A stretch of 64,000 nucleotides of DNA, from the NCBI RefSeq assembly GCF_006345805.1, contig NC_042998.1, positions 26,722,001-26,786,000 on the forward strand, read 5' to 3'. The DNA comes from Octopus sinensis. Lineage: Eukaryota. The stretch's first letter is position 1; every line of letters begins with the position of its first letter. Below the pieces are notes generated by a model. The model worked only from the letters and a program-made list of their open reading frames with translations. It did not search any database and was not told the origin of the DNA. Shown here piece by piece: positions 1 to 11,774 of the stretch. The translations under genes and the position numbers were made by a program.

Positions 1-140
1 CACACACTCTCTCCAGTAAATCACAGCTTGCTACATTCAACCACTGTATTACTACTTCAAGCCTTATACAAGAAATACTTAATGGTTTCAACAACAACAA
101 CAGCAGCAGCAACAACAGCAACAAAAATCTTGCATATACC

Positions 141-374
141 TATTTCTTTATTGCCCACAAGGGGCTAAACACAGAGGGGACAAACAAGGACAGACAAACG
201 GATTGAGTCAATTATATCGACCCCAGTGCATAACTGGTACTTAATTTATTGACCCCGAAAGGATGAAAGGTAAAGTCGACCTTGGCGGAATTTGAACTCA
301 GAATGTAATGCCAGGCGAAATACGGCTACTCATTTCGCCCAGTGTGCTTAATGTTTCTGCCAGCTTGCCGCCTT
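141..374 (-). mobile_element. tRNA-derived SINE family B, first copy of a head-to-tail dimer
   Basis: Reverse complement begins AAGGCGGCAAGCTGGCAGAA, has B-box-like GTTCAAATTCC, central CATCCTTTCGGGGTCAATAAATTAAGTACCAG and tail GCCCCTTGTGGGCAATAAAGAAATA; homologues at 57465, 60173, 36795. Confidence 0.85.
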
Positions 375-607
375 TATTTCTTTATTGCCCACAAGGGGCT
401 AAACATAGAGGGGACAAACAGGGACAGATAAAGGGGTTAAGTCGATTACATCGACCCCAGTGCGTAACTGGTACTTAATTTATCGACCCCGAAAGGATGA
501 AAGGCAAAGTTGACCTCGGCGGAATTTGAACTCAGAATGTAAAGACAGACGAAATACCGCTAAACATTTGGCTCGGCATGGTAACGTTTCTGCCAGCTCA
601 CCGCCTT
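375..607 (-). mobile_element. tRNA-derived SINE family B, second copy of dimer
   Basis: Near-identical to 141-374 and directly adjacent. Confidence 0.85.
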
Positions 608-1192
608 TCAATCTTGCATATACCATTACATCAACCATTTCCTAATACCCTTTTATACACACAATACTCAACAAGTCCTTAAGAAACAAACCAAAACACT
701 GGCTAGTGAACTGCCAGTCACTTTGGCAAGCTTATCTACAATCTGCAACTTCCTGAAAGGGATATCTATCCTCAGCAACATTTCTTAACTTCTACGTAAA
801 TGACCTTTCTCAATCTCCATGAAAGAAAGCCTCACACAAAGAAGACATCTCATTCACATCTTTCTCTCTCACCATACTATCCAGACACTTCAGCTGAAAC
901 CCCCACCTTCGCAAACATTATACTAATCAGCCAAAAATTTCAGCTCTAAACTAGAAATTAAGTTACTTTATCCAAGTCTCATAGCTACAAGATAATTTCA
1001 GGATAAATTTAAAACAATGTGAATTTTTAAAATATTACATTTGATAAAATAATCATTTTACTCAAAAATCAACCCAAGCAGGCCCCTAGGTGTTATCTAT
1101 GCAAGGGGTCAGAAGAAAGAAGTGACATTAAAGCCAAGTCCACTCTCTTCTTTAGCTACATTGAATATTTGTGACATCAGTTTACATCATCA

Positions 1193-1487
1193 TCATAATC
1201 ATCATCATTGTTTAATGTCCGTTTTCCATGCTGGCATGGGTTGGACTGTTTGACTTGGGACTGGCAAGCCAGGAGGCCACACCAGGCTCCAATCTGATCT
1301 GGCAATGTTTCTACAGCTGCATGCCTTTCCTAATGCCAACCACTCTGAGAGTGTAGTGGATGCTTTTTACGTGCCACCAGCATGGGAGCCAGTCAGGAGG
1401 CACTGGCATCAGCCACGTTCAGATGGTGCTTTTTACATGCCACTGGCAGGGGGAGCCAGTCAGGCAACACTGGCAACAACGTATGGG
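1193..1487 (-). mobile_element. RTE-tail repeat (family C), 3' part
   Basis: Reverse complement has GGAAAGGCATGCAGCTGTAGAAAC...CCAACCCATGCCAGCATGGAAAACGGACATTAAAC plus (GAT)n tail; more than 12 homologues in the window. Confidence 0.75.
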
Positions 1488-3089
1488 TAAATGAGTAAAC
1501 AGAATTATACAATCCTCTCACACATATACACTCATCTATGTTTATACTATACATATATATAAATATTGCGTGTGAGTATGTGTATGAATATAGATGCATA
1601 CAAGCAAGCATACAACCAGCATCTTAAGATATGCATGCCATGTGATTTATGTAAAAGCATGTACATGCACTTAAACAATAGAAACCAGCCTTTATATGTA
1701 AAGGTTTTTATATATTGATATAAAGGCATTTACGTATAAAGGCTTTTCGTAGCAACCTGAATAAACTAATACAAATGAAGAACAGGTGAGATTGAAACAG
1801 AAAAGGGATTAAGGAAGTGATTAAGTATAATGTATAAGAGTAAATCCATGTTCATAAAATATCTGGAATCTCAGAGAGGAAAATACAGTGTACAGAGAAG
1901 ATAATCATGTGTTAGACTTATTTAAATGTAAGCCGTTGTTTAATTTTAATGTAGAGCATATGTCATTAAATGAGACGTGAATCTGTAGCTGCCTCTTTCA
2001 ACAATCAATGACCTCAATCTTAAAGAGTGACAGTAACTGTGTTTTAATAAATTTAGAAAATTTTTCGAAGCGTAGTCATGTTCATTAAAAATTTAGAAAT
2101 AATTAAGAATTTAGAGCAATTTATTAAAATAACTGTGTCATTATTAAACCAGTGTTTGGCATGCAACTTAACAAAAGATTCTGGCATAAAATTTATGAGG
2201 GAAGCTTACAAGGTTTTACTAGAATTCAAAACTGTCTTAGTAGTATTCTAGCTTAGAACCTCTACTTGACTATATTTCTAAAAGAAATTCAAATATAGAC
2301 ATGAAGATGGTCAAGCCAATCACATTGGCTGGTGTGTGACTTATGTGAGCTAAAAGCTTCTCACCAAATAGCTTGGTTAAACATTACAAAAAGTAGCTGA
2401 ACTGAACCTCAGACAATTTGAATATAACTATTTTAAAATGTGGGTTGTTCTTTTTTAATTATAAAATCTCATGCTGGCTGAAGTCTAAAGGGAAAATGCA
2501 CACACACACACACTGAAAAAATGTGAATATCATTTTGTTTTCCTTTTATTTTGAGTCTGTACGTTTTTTTCCTTTTGATTTAACCTTGTTCAAGGTTCTA
2601 CATTACACTCCCACCTATTTTAAAATATTTATAATCAAATTGCATGCAATTCAATTCACTAGCTTTTTATAATGCTCACTGAAGTTTCTCAAAGCTAAAT
2701 TGAAACTTTAATGGCATTTATATAAATAGACACACACACACACACACACACATATATAATCTACAGATGAGATCCAGAGATTTTCAGTATAGAAGAGAGT
2801 TAGTAGTAGTGCTCAAAAGATTCAAACTTAGATTCCAATGTCTTTCCAGGGGATCAATTCCTCAGGGTAAAGAACGGCTATAAGAGGGATTCATTTGAGC
2901 AGATATAGAGGCAATTATGTGGATAAACAAATTAGATATATTAAATAAAACTATTCGGGTATGAAGTATAAAATACATATTTATACATTCAAAATGAGAG
3001 AAAGCAAAAAGTGGAGACTTTCAGGCGACGAATACTTAAATATAAATACATAGATGTTTATACTAATAAATTCAGTTCACACAGAGTAC

Positions 3090-3480
3090 AAACGACAGAG
3101 AAAATTAATGAGGACGACAAAAGGTGTTATAAGTCCAACAGCAGTTTTGGTGGGTTCGGAAATCCATCATAATGTTGGTAGATGTAGTTCATCACAATAT
3201 ATCAGCCGTAATGGAAGCAATCAACATTGGATAAGACAAGCCTCCATCATCAGGGTGGAAAAGATTTTACATCTCAGATCTTAATGAATTTCCTCACAAC
3301 TGTCAGATGAATGGGAACATGAAACTCTGAGTAACAGTTATAATTTTGCATAATTATAATATTATAATTATAATTTTGTGATAATTTTGCAGCTTTAATA
3401 AAAAGTATATTACTCTACTTTGGTATTTGAGTACTATTTCTTCCACCTCGTTTTCCACTTATGTGCTCACCTGTGTGTTT
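3090..3480 (+). mobile_element. Degenerate Penelope-like element: GIY-YIG endonuclease C-terminal remnant plus pseudo-LTR
   Basis: Frameshifted ...MEAINIG*DKP.LHHQGG resembles the PLE C-terminal EAIxIxxxKPxLNRDxG and is followed immediately by a hammerhead motif. Confidence 0.45.
3298..3339 (+). ncRNA. Minimal hammerhead-like motif (core variant CAGAUGA)
   Basis: AACTGT-CAGATGA-ATG[GGAA]CAT-GAAAC-TC[T]GA-GTA-ACAGTT; stems I, II and III all pair. Confidence 0.6.
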
Positions 3481-4048
3481 GTGTGTATGTGTGTGAGTGT
3501 GTATAAAATTAATCAAAGGACATACTAAGTATGTCTACTTGCTGGAAATAACAGTCAAAACTCTTATTTAAATCACCAAAAATACACTGATAATAACTAC
3601 AGAAATCAACCATCTGAAGGCAAACGGGCTCAGACAAACTTCCATTGTACATTTAAGTATTTGGACACACATGGACCAGTTTCTGGGCTGGCAAAAATAG
3701 CCTCAGCGCACGTTACCATGATAGAGATTCCCAACCTGTCGTGTTGAAGTCTGTGCTGCAACTCATGCATTTTGCACTGAAATTATGGCATTGTATGTAT
3801 GTATCTATGTATGTATATAAACACACATATATAAATATTATATACTTATAAATATATATATATATGGAGAGAGAGAGAGAGTATGTGTGTGTGTGTGTAT
3901 GAGAGAGAGAGAGTAAATATATCTACCTATATATATATATATATAACTGAGATTGGTAAGCTAGGTTCCTGTAAGAAGTCTACAAAGCTTTAAAGTTACA
4001 TTGGGCCAAACCAAGCAACTTCAAATAATAATAGTAATAATAATAATT

Positions 4049-4335
4049 AAAATAATTTGAAATTGAAAGAATTAGGAGTGTGAAAACTGTAAAGATTGTG
4101 TCTGTAATAATTGATCCACTGGGAAATGTAAATAAAGATATAGATGAATAGAGACTGAAATAGAATGTCCTGTAGAGCTTCTAGAGAAAGTTTGTCTCTT
4201 AGGGACCAGGAAGATTATCAAGAGGGTCTTAAGCACTTGAAGACTATCGAAAAATTGTGGATATCTAAGATTACAGGCAGTAACCCACTACCTACTTAAA
4301 TTCTACCAGGAATAAGAACAACCGTAAGTCAAATC
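4049..4335 (+). mobile_element. R4/Dong-like (REL-endonuclease) non-LTR 3' fragment in (TAA)n
   Basis: Frameshifted VKIVSVIIDPLGNVNKDIDE..IECPVELLEKVCLLGTRKIIKRVLST* matches the REL C-terminal pattern VVPxxxGALG...LLQKxxLLGTARIxRKVL; TAA tracts on both sides. Confidence 0.7.
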
Positions 4336-4412
4336 AATAATAATAATGATAATATTGATGATGATAATGATAGTAATAATAATAATAATATATATATATA
4401 TATATGTGGAAA

Positions 4413-4808
4413 GGTGCAGGAGTGGTTGTGTGTTAAGAAGCTTGCTTCCCAACCACATGGTTTTGGGTTCAGTCCCATTGCATGGTTCCTTGGGCTAGTG
4501 TTTTCTAATATGGCCTTGGGCCAACCAAAGCCTTCTGAGTGGATTTGGTAGGCATAAACTGAAAGAAGCCTGTTGTTTATATGTGTGTGTGTATATATAT
4601 ATATATGTTTGTGTGTCTGTGTTTGTCCCCCACTCCACCCCACCATTGCTAGAGAGCTGATGTTGGTGTCTTTACAACCCAATGATTTAGTGGTTTGGCA
4701 AAAGAGATTGATAGAATAAGTACGAGGCTTACAAACAATAAGTCCTGGGGCTGATTTGTTCAACTAAAGAAGGTGCTCCAGTCAAATGACTGAAACAAAT
4801 AAAAGAAT
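4413..4808 (+). mobile_element. tRNA-derived SINE family A
   Basis: Head GGTGCAGGAGTGGTTGTGTG..GGTTCAGTCCC, central microsatellite, tail GGTGCTCCAG..AGTCAAATGACTGAAAC. Confidence 0.85.
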
Positions 4809-5060
4809 ATGTATGTATGTATATATATATATATATATACATGTATTGACTGGCTCCCATGTCGGTGGTATGTAAAAAACACCCACTACTCTCTCGGAGT
4901 GAGTGGTGTTAGGAAGGGCATCCAGCTGTAGAAACCTTGCCAAATCAGATTGGAGCCTGGTGCAGCCTCCTGGCTTTCCAGTCCTCAATCAAACCATCCA
5001 ACTCATGCCAGCATGGAAAACGGACACTGATGATGATGATGATGATGACAGATATATATA

Positions 5061-5104
<44 letters not shown>

Positions 5105-5108
<4 letters not shown>

Positions 5109-5290
5109 ATAGATCGCTAACCACTGCACATTCTTTATTTTCTCTCCTTGTTTCTTTCTGTGTTCCTTTCTGTGGAAGAGCGTAGGCTTGAAACATTAAA
5201 GATTTTTTCACTTCCCGAGCATTAAACTAATACATCTGTTTGTTGTCTACACAACCTGTTTTCCTTTTTTGTTGTTTTTTTTTGTGAATT
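5105..5290 (+). mobile_element. Short repeat family F carrying a minimal hammerhead-like motif (5166-5201)
   Basis: Homologous to 41455-41615 (-) and 57860-57990 (+). Confidence 0.65.
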
Positions 5291-5306
5291 CTCCCACTAT
5301 ATATAT

Positions 5307-5708
5307 ACAGGAGTGGCTGCACGGTAAGTAGCTTGCTTACCAACTACATGGTTCTGGGTTCAGCTCCACTGCATGGCACCTTGAGCAAGTGTCTTCTACT
5401 ATAGCCTCAGGCCAATCAGAGCCTTGTGAGTGTATTTGGTAAACGGAAACTGAAAGAAGCCCGTCATACATGTGTGTGTGTGTGTGTATACTTGTGTGTC
5501 TCTGTTTGTCCCCCCTCCCCCAACATCGCTTGACAACTGATGCTGGTGTGTTTTTGTCCCCTGTAACTTAGCAGGTTCGGCAAAAGAGGCCACTAGTATC
5601 AGTACTAGACTTACAAAGAATAAGTCCTGGGGTCAATTTGTTTGACTAAAAGGTGGTGCTCCAACGTGGCCACAGTCAAATGACTGAAACAAATAAAAGA
5701 GCAAAGAG
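5307..5708 (+). mobile_element. SINE family A
   Basis: Same head, body and tail as 4413. Confidence 0.85.
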
Positions 5709-5756
5709 TATATAAATACATAAATATGTATGTATATATATATGCATGTATATATA

Positions 5757-7310
5757 TATTTTATTTTATTTTATTTTATCTAGTTTCAGCTCACGAGCTG
5801 TGGCCATGCTGGGGCACCGCCATTTGGTGTTGCTACATGATTTTACTTCACGAATGCTTTTTAGCAATTGCCATTTGGTGCATGAGAGAGTTCGATGCAG
5901 CTGCCCTCATCTGCACCTCCTGCCATGAAGTTGGTTCATCTGGGACACCTGACAGGAAGAGATCCAGTTTTATTTTAAAGACATCTGCATCCACCCCATG
6001 CAGGTCTCTCAGGTTCTTTGGGAGGATATTGAAGAGCTGTGGGCCTCTGATGCCCAGGCTATCACAGTATCTTGTCCTACATCTTGATGGCAAATTTGGA
6101 GTCCTTGGCACTATGCAGTGGCACCCAGTTCTAGTATTTGTGTAACTCTCGATGCCAAAGTTTGGGACAAGTCCTTCTAGGATCTTCCAGATGTATATTA
6201 TGGCATATCTTTCTTGCCTACGCTCTAAGGAATAGAGTCTTAATCTCTTGAGTCTTTCCCAGTAGCTTATATGCTGCACAGAGGCTATCTTCTTCATGTA
6301 GCTTCGTTGGATCGCCCCAAGTTCTGTGATTAACTTGACACTTGATGGTGACCATAGCTGAGAGAAATAGTCAAAGTGGCTTAGGACAAGTGTCCTCCAG
6401 AGGACCATCATGGATTCCTGGTCTCTTGTTCTAAAGGTTCTAAGAATCCATCCAATGAGCCACCTACATTTCATTGCCAATTTAGCAACATGCACATGAA
6501 AGGTTGCATTATCACTCATGTAAATATCTAGGTCTTGCACTGATTGTGCCTCTGGGATTGCAATCCCTCCAGGTCCAGCGTATTTATTGGGTATTGCATT
6601 TAGTTTGGTATGCTGATAGCATAAAGCTTGAAACTTTTCAGCATTGAACTGCATGCTATTCTTTTCAGCCCACTTGTATATTTTGTCCAGCTCACATTGC
6701 AGGTGCATAGTGTCTTCAGGGTTCTGTATTGCCTTTGAAACTTTTGTATCATCTGCATAACTTGTAATCGTGGCTCTCTGCGTGGCTGAGGGCATGTCTG
6801 AGAGAGCCATTATGAACAGTAGTGGTCCCAAAACAGTGCCTTGCGGAACACCGCTCACTATTTGCGTGTTAATGGAAGTGGCTACTACCACCTGGCTTCT
6901 ATCCTTCAGAAAGTCATGAAGCCATTCTCCTAATTTTCCAACTATCCCAAGATTACACAGTTTGTGACATATCATTCCATGATTGACTTTATCAAAGGCC
7001 TTTGCAAAGTTGAGATATATGACTTCCACATTTGAATGGTTGAGCTCTGAAAGTGGAACTGCAGTGGTCTTGCTAGGATTGTCTTACATACTTTTAGAAG
7101 GATTGCTGGGAATCCATCGGGGCCAGCAGCTGAGTTTATTTTCATTTCATCTATAGCCCCCATTACATCGTCTTCGTTTATATTGATGTAATCAATCATC
7201 GCCGCCTCTGATTTTACATCTGCAGTGGTAAAGAAGTCAGTTGGACTGCTGACTTGAAAATGCCCTAGGGGTGGAGTGAAAATACTCTGGGATTGCTCAT
7301 TTAGTATTTC
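5757..7310 (-). mobile_element. CR1/L2-group LINE, 5'-truncated, internally deleted, (TAAAA)n tail
   Basis: ORFs 5848-7029 and the end of 6972-7811 align to the 25346 ORF2 (SGVPQGTVLGPLLF, YADD); 3' UTR hairpin motif present. Confidence 0.95.
5848..7029 (-). pseudogene. Reverse transcriptase C-terminal half of LINE ORF2
   Basis: [27 protein letters not shown] motifs. Confidence 0.92.
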
Positions 7311-7444
7311 ACATATATGTATATATATACAGCCGAAGAAACATTGCCAGATAAGACTGGGCCTGATGCAGCCTTCTGGCTTCCCAGACCCCAGTTGAAC
7401 TGTCCAAACCATGCTAGCATGGAAAGTGGACGCTAAATGATAAT

Positions 7445-7447
7445 AAT

Positions 7448-7478
<31 letters not shown>

Positions 7479-7675
7479 CATACATACATACATATATACA
7501 TACATACATACATATATATATACATACATATATATATATACATACATATATATATATATACATACATATATATATACATACATATTATATATACATACAT
7601 ATATATATATATACATATATACATACATATATACATACATATATATATACATACATATATATATATATACATACA

Positions 7676-7715
<40 letters not shown>

Positions 7716-7716
7716 C

Positions 7717-7749
<33 letters not shown>

Positions 7750-7830
7750 CATATATATATATATATATGTACACATACACATATATACATACATACATAT
7801 AACACACACACACATACATATATACGTGCA
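7445..7830. repeat. (TA)n/(TACA)n compound microsatellite
   Basis: Directly visible. Confidence 0.95.
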
Positions 7831-8189
7831 TACTCATATAAGTATTCTGTAATACCTATGTAGGTGGAATGCTCAGCAATAACACCAATATCTGGTAGTA
7901 AAATTTTTTCCTTTTCTTTATAATATTAATCAAATATTTGGAACAACAAAGATAGCTGGAAAGGAGGGTGGGGAGAAGAAAAAGCACACAAACATCACAT
8001 GTACCAACACTGTCATAGAAATCTTTTGTTTGTTATGGAGACACATGTTCACTGATACATATATTAACATTTATACTGACATATATGCATAATTGATGAG
8101 GAAATTACTTTAATATCAATGAAATCAAGATGAAATAAAAAAAAATATACATCATGTACTAACAGGAAACTACTGGAAAATAAACAGCA

Positions 8190-8850
8190 GAGTGTCCCTT
8201 AATGGAGGAGGAGGAGGGGAGATGCGAGAAAAGGGAGGGAAGGAGGAGGAAAAGGAGAATGAAGAAGAGGAGGGGAGGAGGGAAGGTGAGAGAAATAGGA
8301 GAGGGAAGAAGACGAATGAAGAGAAGGCGGGAGAGGAGGAAGATGAGAGAAATGGGAGGGGGAAAGGGAGAAGGAAAGAGAAGAGAAGGGAGAGGGAAGA
8401 AGAAGAATGAAAAAGAGGAGGGAGTAGGAGAAAGATAAGAATGGAGGAGGGAAGAAGAAGAATAGAAGAAGAAAAATTAAAAAAGAAAGATAAAAGAAGT
8501 AGAAGAAGAAGGTGAAAGAAAAAGGAGAGAGAAATTGGAGGAAGAAGAAGAAGAAAGAAAGAAAAGGGAGAGAGAAGTAGGAGGAAGAAGAAGAAGGTGA
8601 AAGAAAAGAGAGAGAGAAGAAGTAGGAGGAATCAGAAGAAGGTGAAAGAAAAGGGAGAGAGAAGAAGAAGAAGAAGAGAAGAAGAAGAAGAAGAAGAAGG
8701 GGCAGAAAGAAATATGAAAGAAAAAGACTAGCAGAATGAAGCAAATGAATGAAAATAAACATAAAAAAGAAAAGGAAGGAAAAAACAAAACAAAAAAAAA
8801 AGGTAATGAAAAAGAAGAAATTGAAGAAGGTAAAAATACCAGCAGGAAGA
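8190..8850 (+). repeat. Purine-rich GA/GAA/GGA low-complexity tract
   Basis: About 650 nt almost exclusively A/G on the + strand. Confidence 0.9.
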
Positions 8851-9139
8851 AAAAAAATGAGTCAAGTGAATGAAGCTTGTTATAATGAGGAACAAGTTCA
8901 GATGAAAGCTTTCACAGAAAGAATGATCCATCTGTTCAAGGTCATTGTTCAGGCAGTGACATGTTTCCACAATGTAGTAGCCTGTTTTTATATTATCAAC
9001 TTCTTCAATATTGTGTGTGTACTCTTTGTTCAACTTGATAGGCTCTCCCCAACAGTCTGCTATAAATTATACCAACCCCACCCACACACACACATTTCCC
9101 CACCCCTCCCCTATAAAATCCCCGTAATCTCTCTCTTTT

Positions 9140-9609
9140 TCCATATTATATATAATATATATTATAAATAATATATACATATGTATATATATATATTATG
9201 TATATATATATAAAATATATTATATATATATATCGTATATACTTATATAATATATCTAATATATATATGTAATATACAGTATAAATAATATATACATATA
9301 TGTATATTATATATATATATATATATTACGTATATATTATATACACATATATATAAATTACGTATATATTATATACACATATATATATATATGTATTATA
9401 TATATATACATATATATATTAATATTATATACATTATATATAATATAAAAATGTATATTTATATTATATATACATACATATATAAATGTATAAATATATT
9501 ATATATATATATTATATATACATATATATATAATATTATACATATATATATACATATATATATATAATATATATATATATATACATATATACATAATATA
9601 TATATATAA

Positions 9610-9649
<40 letters not shown>

Positions 9650-10290
9650 CGTACATATATTATAATATATATATATATATATATACATATATATATAATA
9701 TATATATATACGTACATATATATATAATATATATATACATATATATACATCAGCATGGGCGCAGCTCTGAGCTGAAACTAGAAAAAAAAAAAGAATATGT
9801 AATATATATGTAATTTACATTATAAATGATATACATATATATATTATATATACATATATATATAATATATATTATATATATATGTAATATACATTATAAA
9901 TAATATATACATATATAACTATGAAATAATATATATATATTATATATACATTATATTATATATGTTATATATATTATATTTATATAATATATATATAATA
10001 TACCATATGTATATATGTGTATGTATTATGTATGTATGTGATATGCTATTATAAAACAATATACCATGTGTGTGCCTATATGAATATATATGTGTGTGTG
10101 TATGTATATATATATATATATATATGTACACACACATATACACAACACACCATGTATATATTTGCCTGTGTAACTCTATAATTAGATATACTATATAATT
10201 ACATTACACAAATGTATGTATGTTGATGTGTGTGTGTGTGTATATATATACATATATATATATATATGCATACATACATACATATATATA
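9140..10290. repeat. Long degenerate (TA)n field
   Basis: Directly visible. Confidence 0.9.
9751..9795 (+). mobile_element. Orphan CR1-group LINE 3' tail
   Basis: CAGCATGGGCGC-AGCT[CTG]AGCT-GAAACTAG plus poly(A); matches the tail of the 5757 LINE. Confidence 0.7.
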
Positions 10291-10897
10291 CTTGTGTGTG
10301 TATAATGAAGTATATGGGGCTGGTATATATAAAATATATATCATACATACACACACATGAACATATTTATGTATACATTTACATACATATATTGATATAT
10401 GCACACACACACACATATATATATTAATATTAATATGTGCGTGGGAGTGTGCACATATGTAATGCATGATATGTGTGAGAAAGAGAGAATGTTTGGAAGT
10501 CGGTGTGGGGGTGGGGAAGGTGCAAGGAAACGTGTACACGCATATGTGTATGTAAGTATACTTATACATACATGTACATATGCATGTGTACATGTGTATG
10601 TGGGAGGGTGTCTGTCACATACTTCAACAACAATCGTGTATGTAGATCTGTAGTTATATGTCAGGCTGAATGAGCAAATATATTCTGAGTTTATGTAAAC
10701 AGAGTTCTCAAAGGAAATAAAAAAAAATAACAAAAAACAAAACAAAACAAAACAAATGTACTTGCAACTAACTACTCATGTAGCAGAAATGATTCTAGTA
10801 ATATTGTACAGGTTTATATGAATGTAGGTCTCCAAGCATACACTGCATGAGTGCGTGCTTGTGCACATGTATTTATATTCATATATAAATATGTATG

Positions 10898-10934
<37 letters not shown>

Positions 10935-10954
10935 ATTAAATATAATTTATATAG

Positions 10955-11011
<57 letters not shown>

Positions 11012-11271
11012 TAATTATATATACATATATATATATATATAAATATACATATATATGTATATATTGTATATGTATATTATATATATACATAATATATATA
11101 TACATATATATATATAAATATACATATATATGTATATGTATATGTATTATATATATAATACATATATATATATAAATAAATGAAAGAATGGAGTTGAATG
11201 GAGTTTTATCACTATGAGCTCCGTGTGGGCAGGCATCTAAAAATTTTTGTGCATCTTGATGCTGACTTAAG

Positions 11272-11375
11272 TTCCTTACTTTTCCTGATGAGAAGGCGGC
11301 ATAATGCACCCCTTATTCCTTCGAAATTAGGAATATGCAGCCTTCGAAACATATGTCGAAAATAAAATAAAGGAA
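11272..11375 (+). ncRNA. Type I hammerhead ribozyme with canonical core
   Basis: TTTTC-CTGATGA-GAAGGC...GCCTTC-GAAAC-ATAT-GTC^GAAAA; distal stem I TTCCTT/AAGGAA. Confidence 0.88.
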
Positions 11376-11774
11376 TTTTGTTAATCGTCGTTCAACTCCA
11401 TTCTTCATTATTTGTATTAAAAAAAACACACAAATTTCCACACGATAGCACGTGATTTCTGCCCTAGGCATGTAGCTTCAACTGTGTTTTTCTGACAAGA
11501 ATTTGCTACCCAGGTATCGGTTAACCGAATTATCCATAATAAGATAATTCATTCAACTACTCAATTATACATATAATATATATATATATATATAAATATA
11601 TATATATATATTATACATTTATGTATATGAATATATTACTTATAGAATATACACATACATACATACATACATATATATAAACACACACAAATATGTACAT
11701 ATATGTATGTGTATACATATACATTATATATACTTATATATATATGTATGTATATACACATATGTATATATACC

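Noticed and set aside
1753-1785. 33-nt AG/GT segment reading NLNKLIQMKN; similar micro-exon-like sites at 37116-37156 and about 62902-62910
   Set aside because: No recognisable protein and no linked exons; expected by chance in 64 kb
8192-9171. E/K/R-rich and F/L/S-rich ORFs
   Set aside because: Products of the purine tract; no domain or splice support
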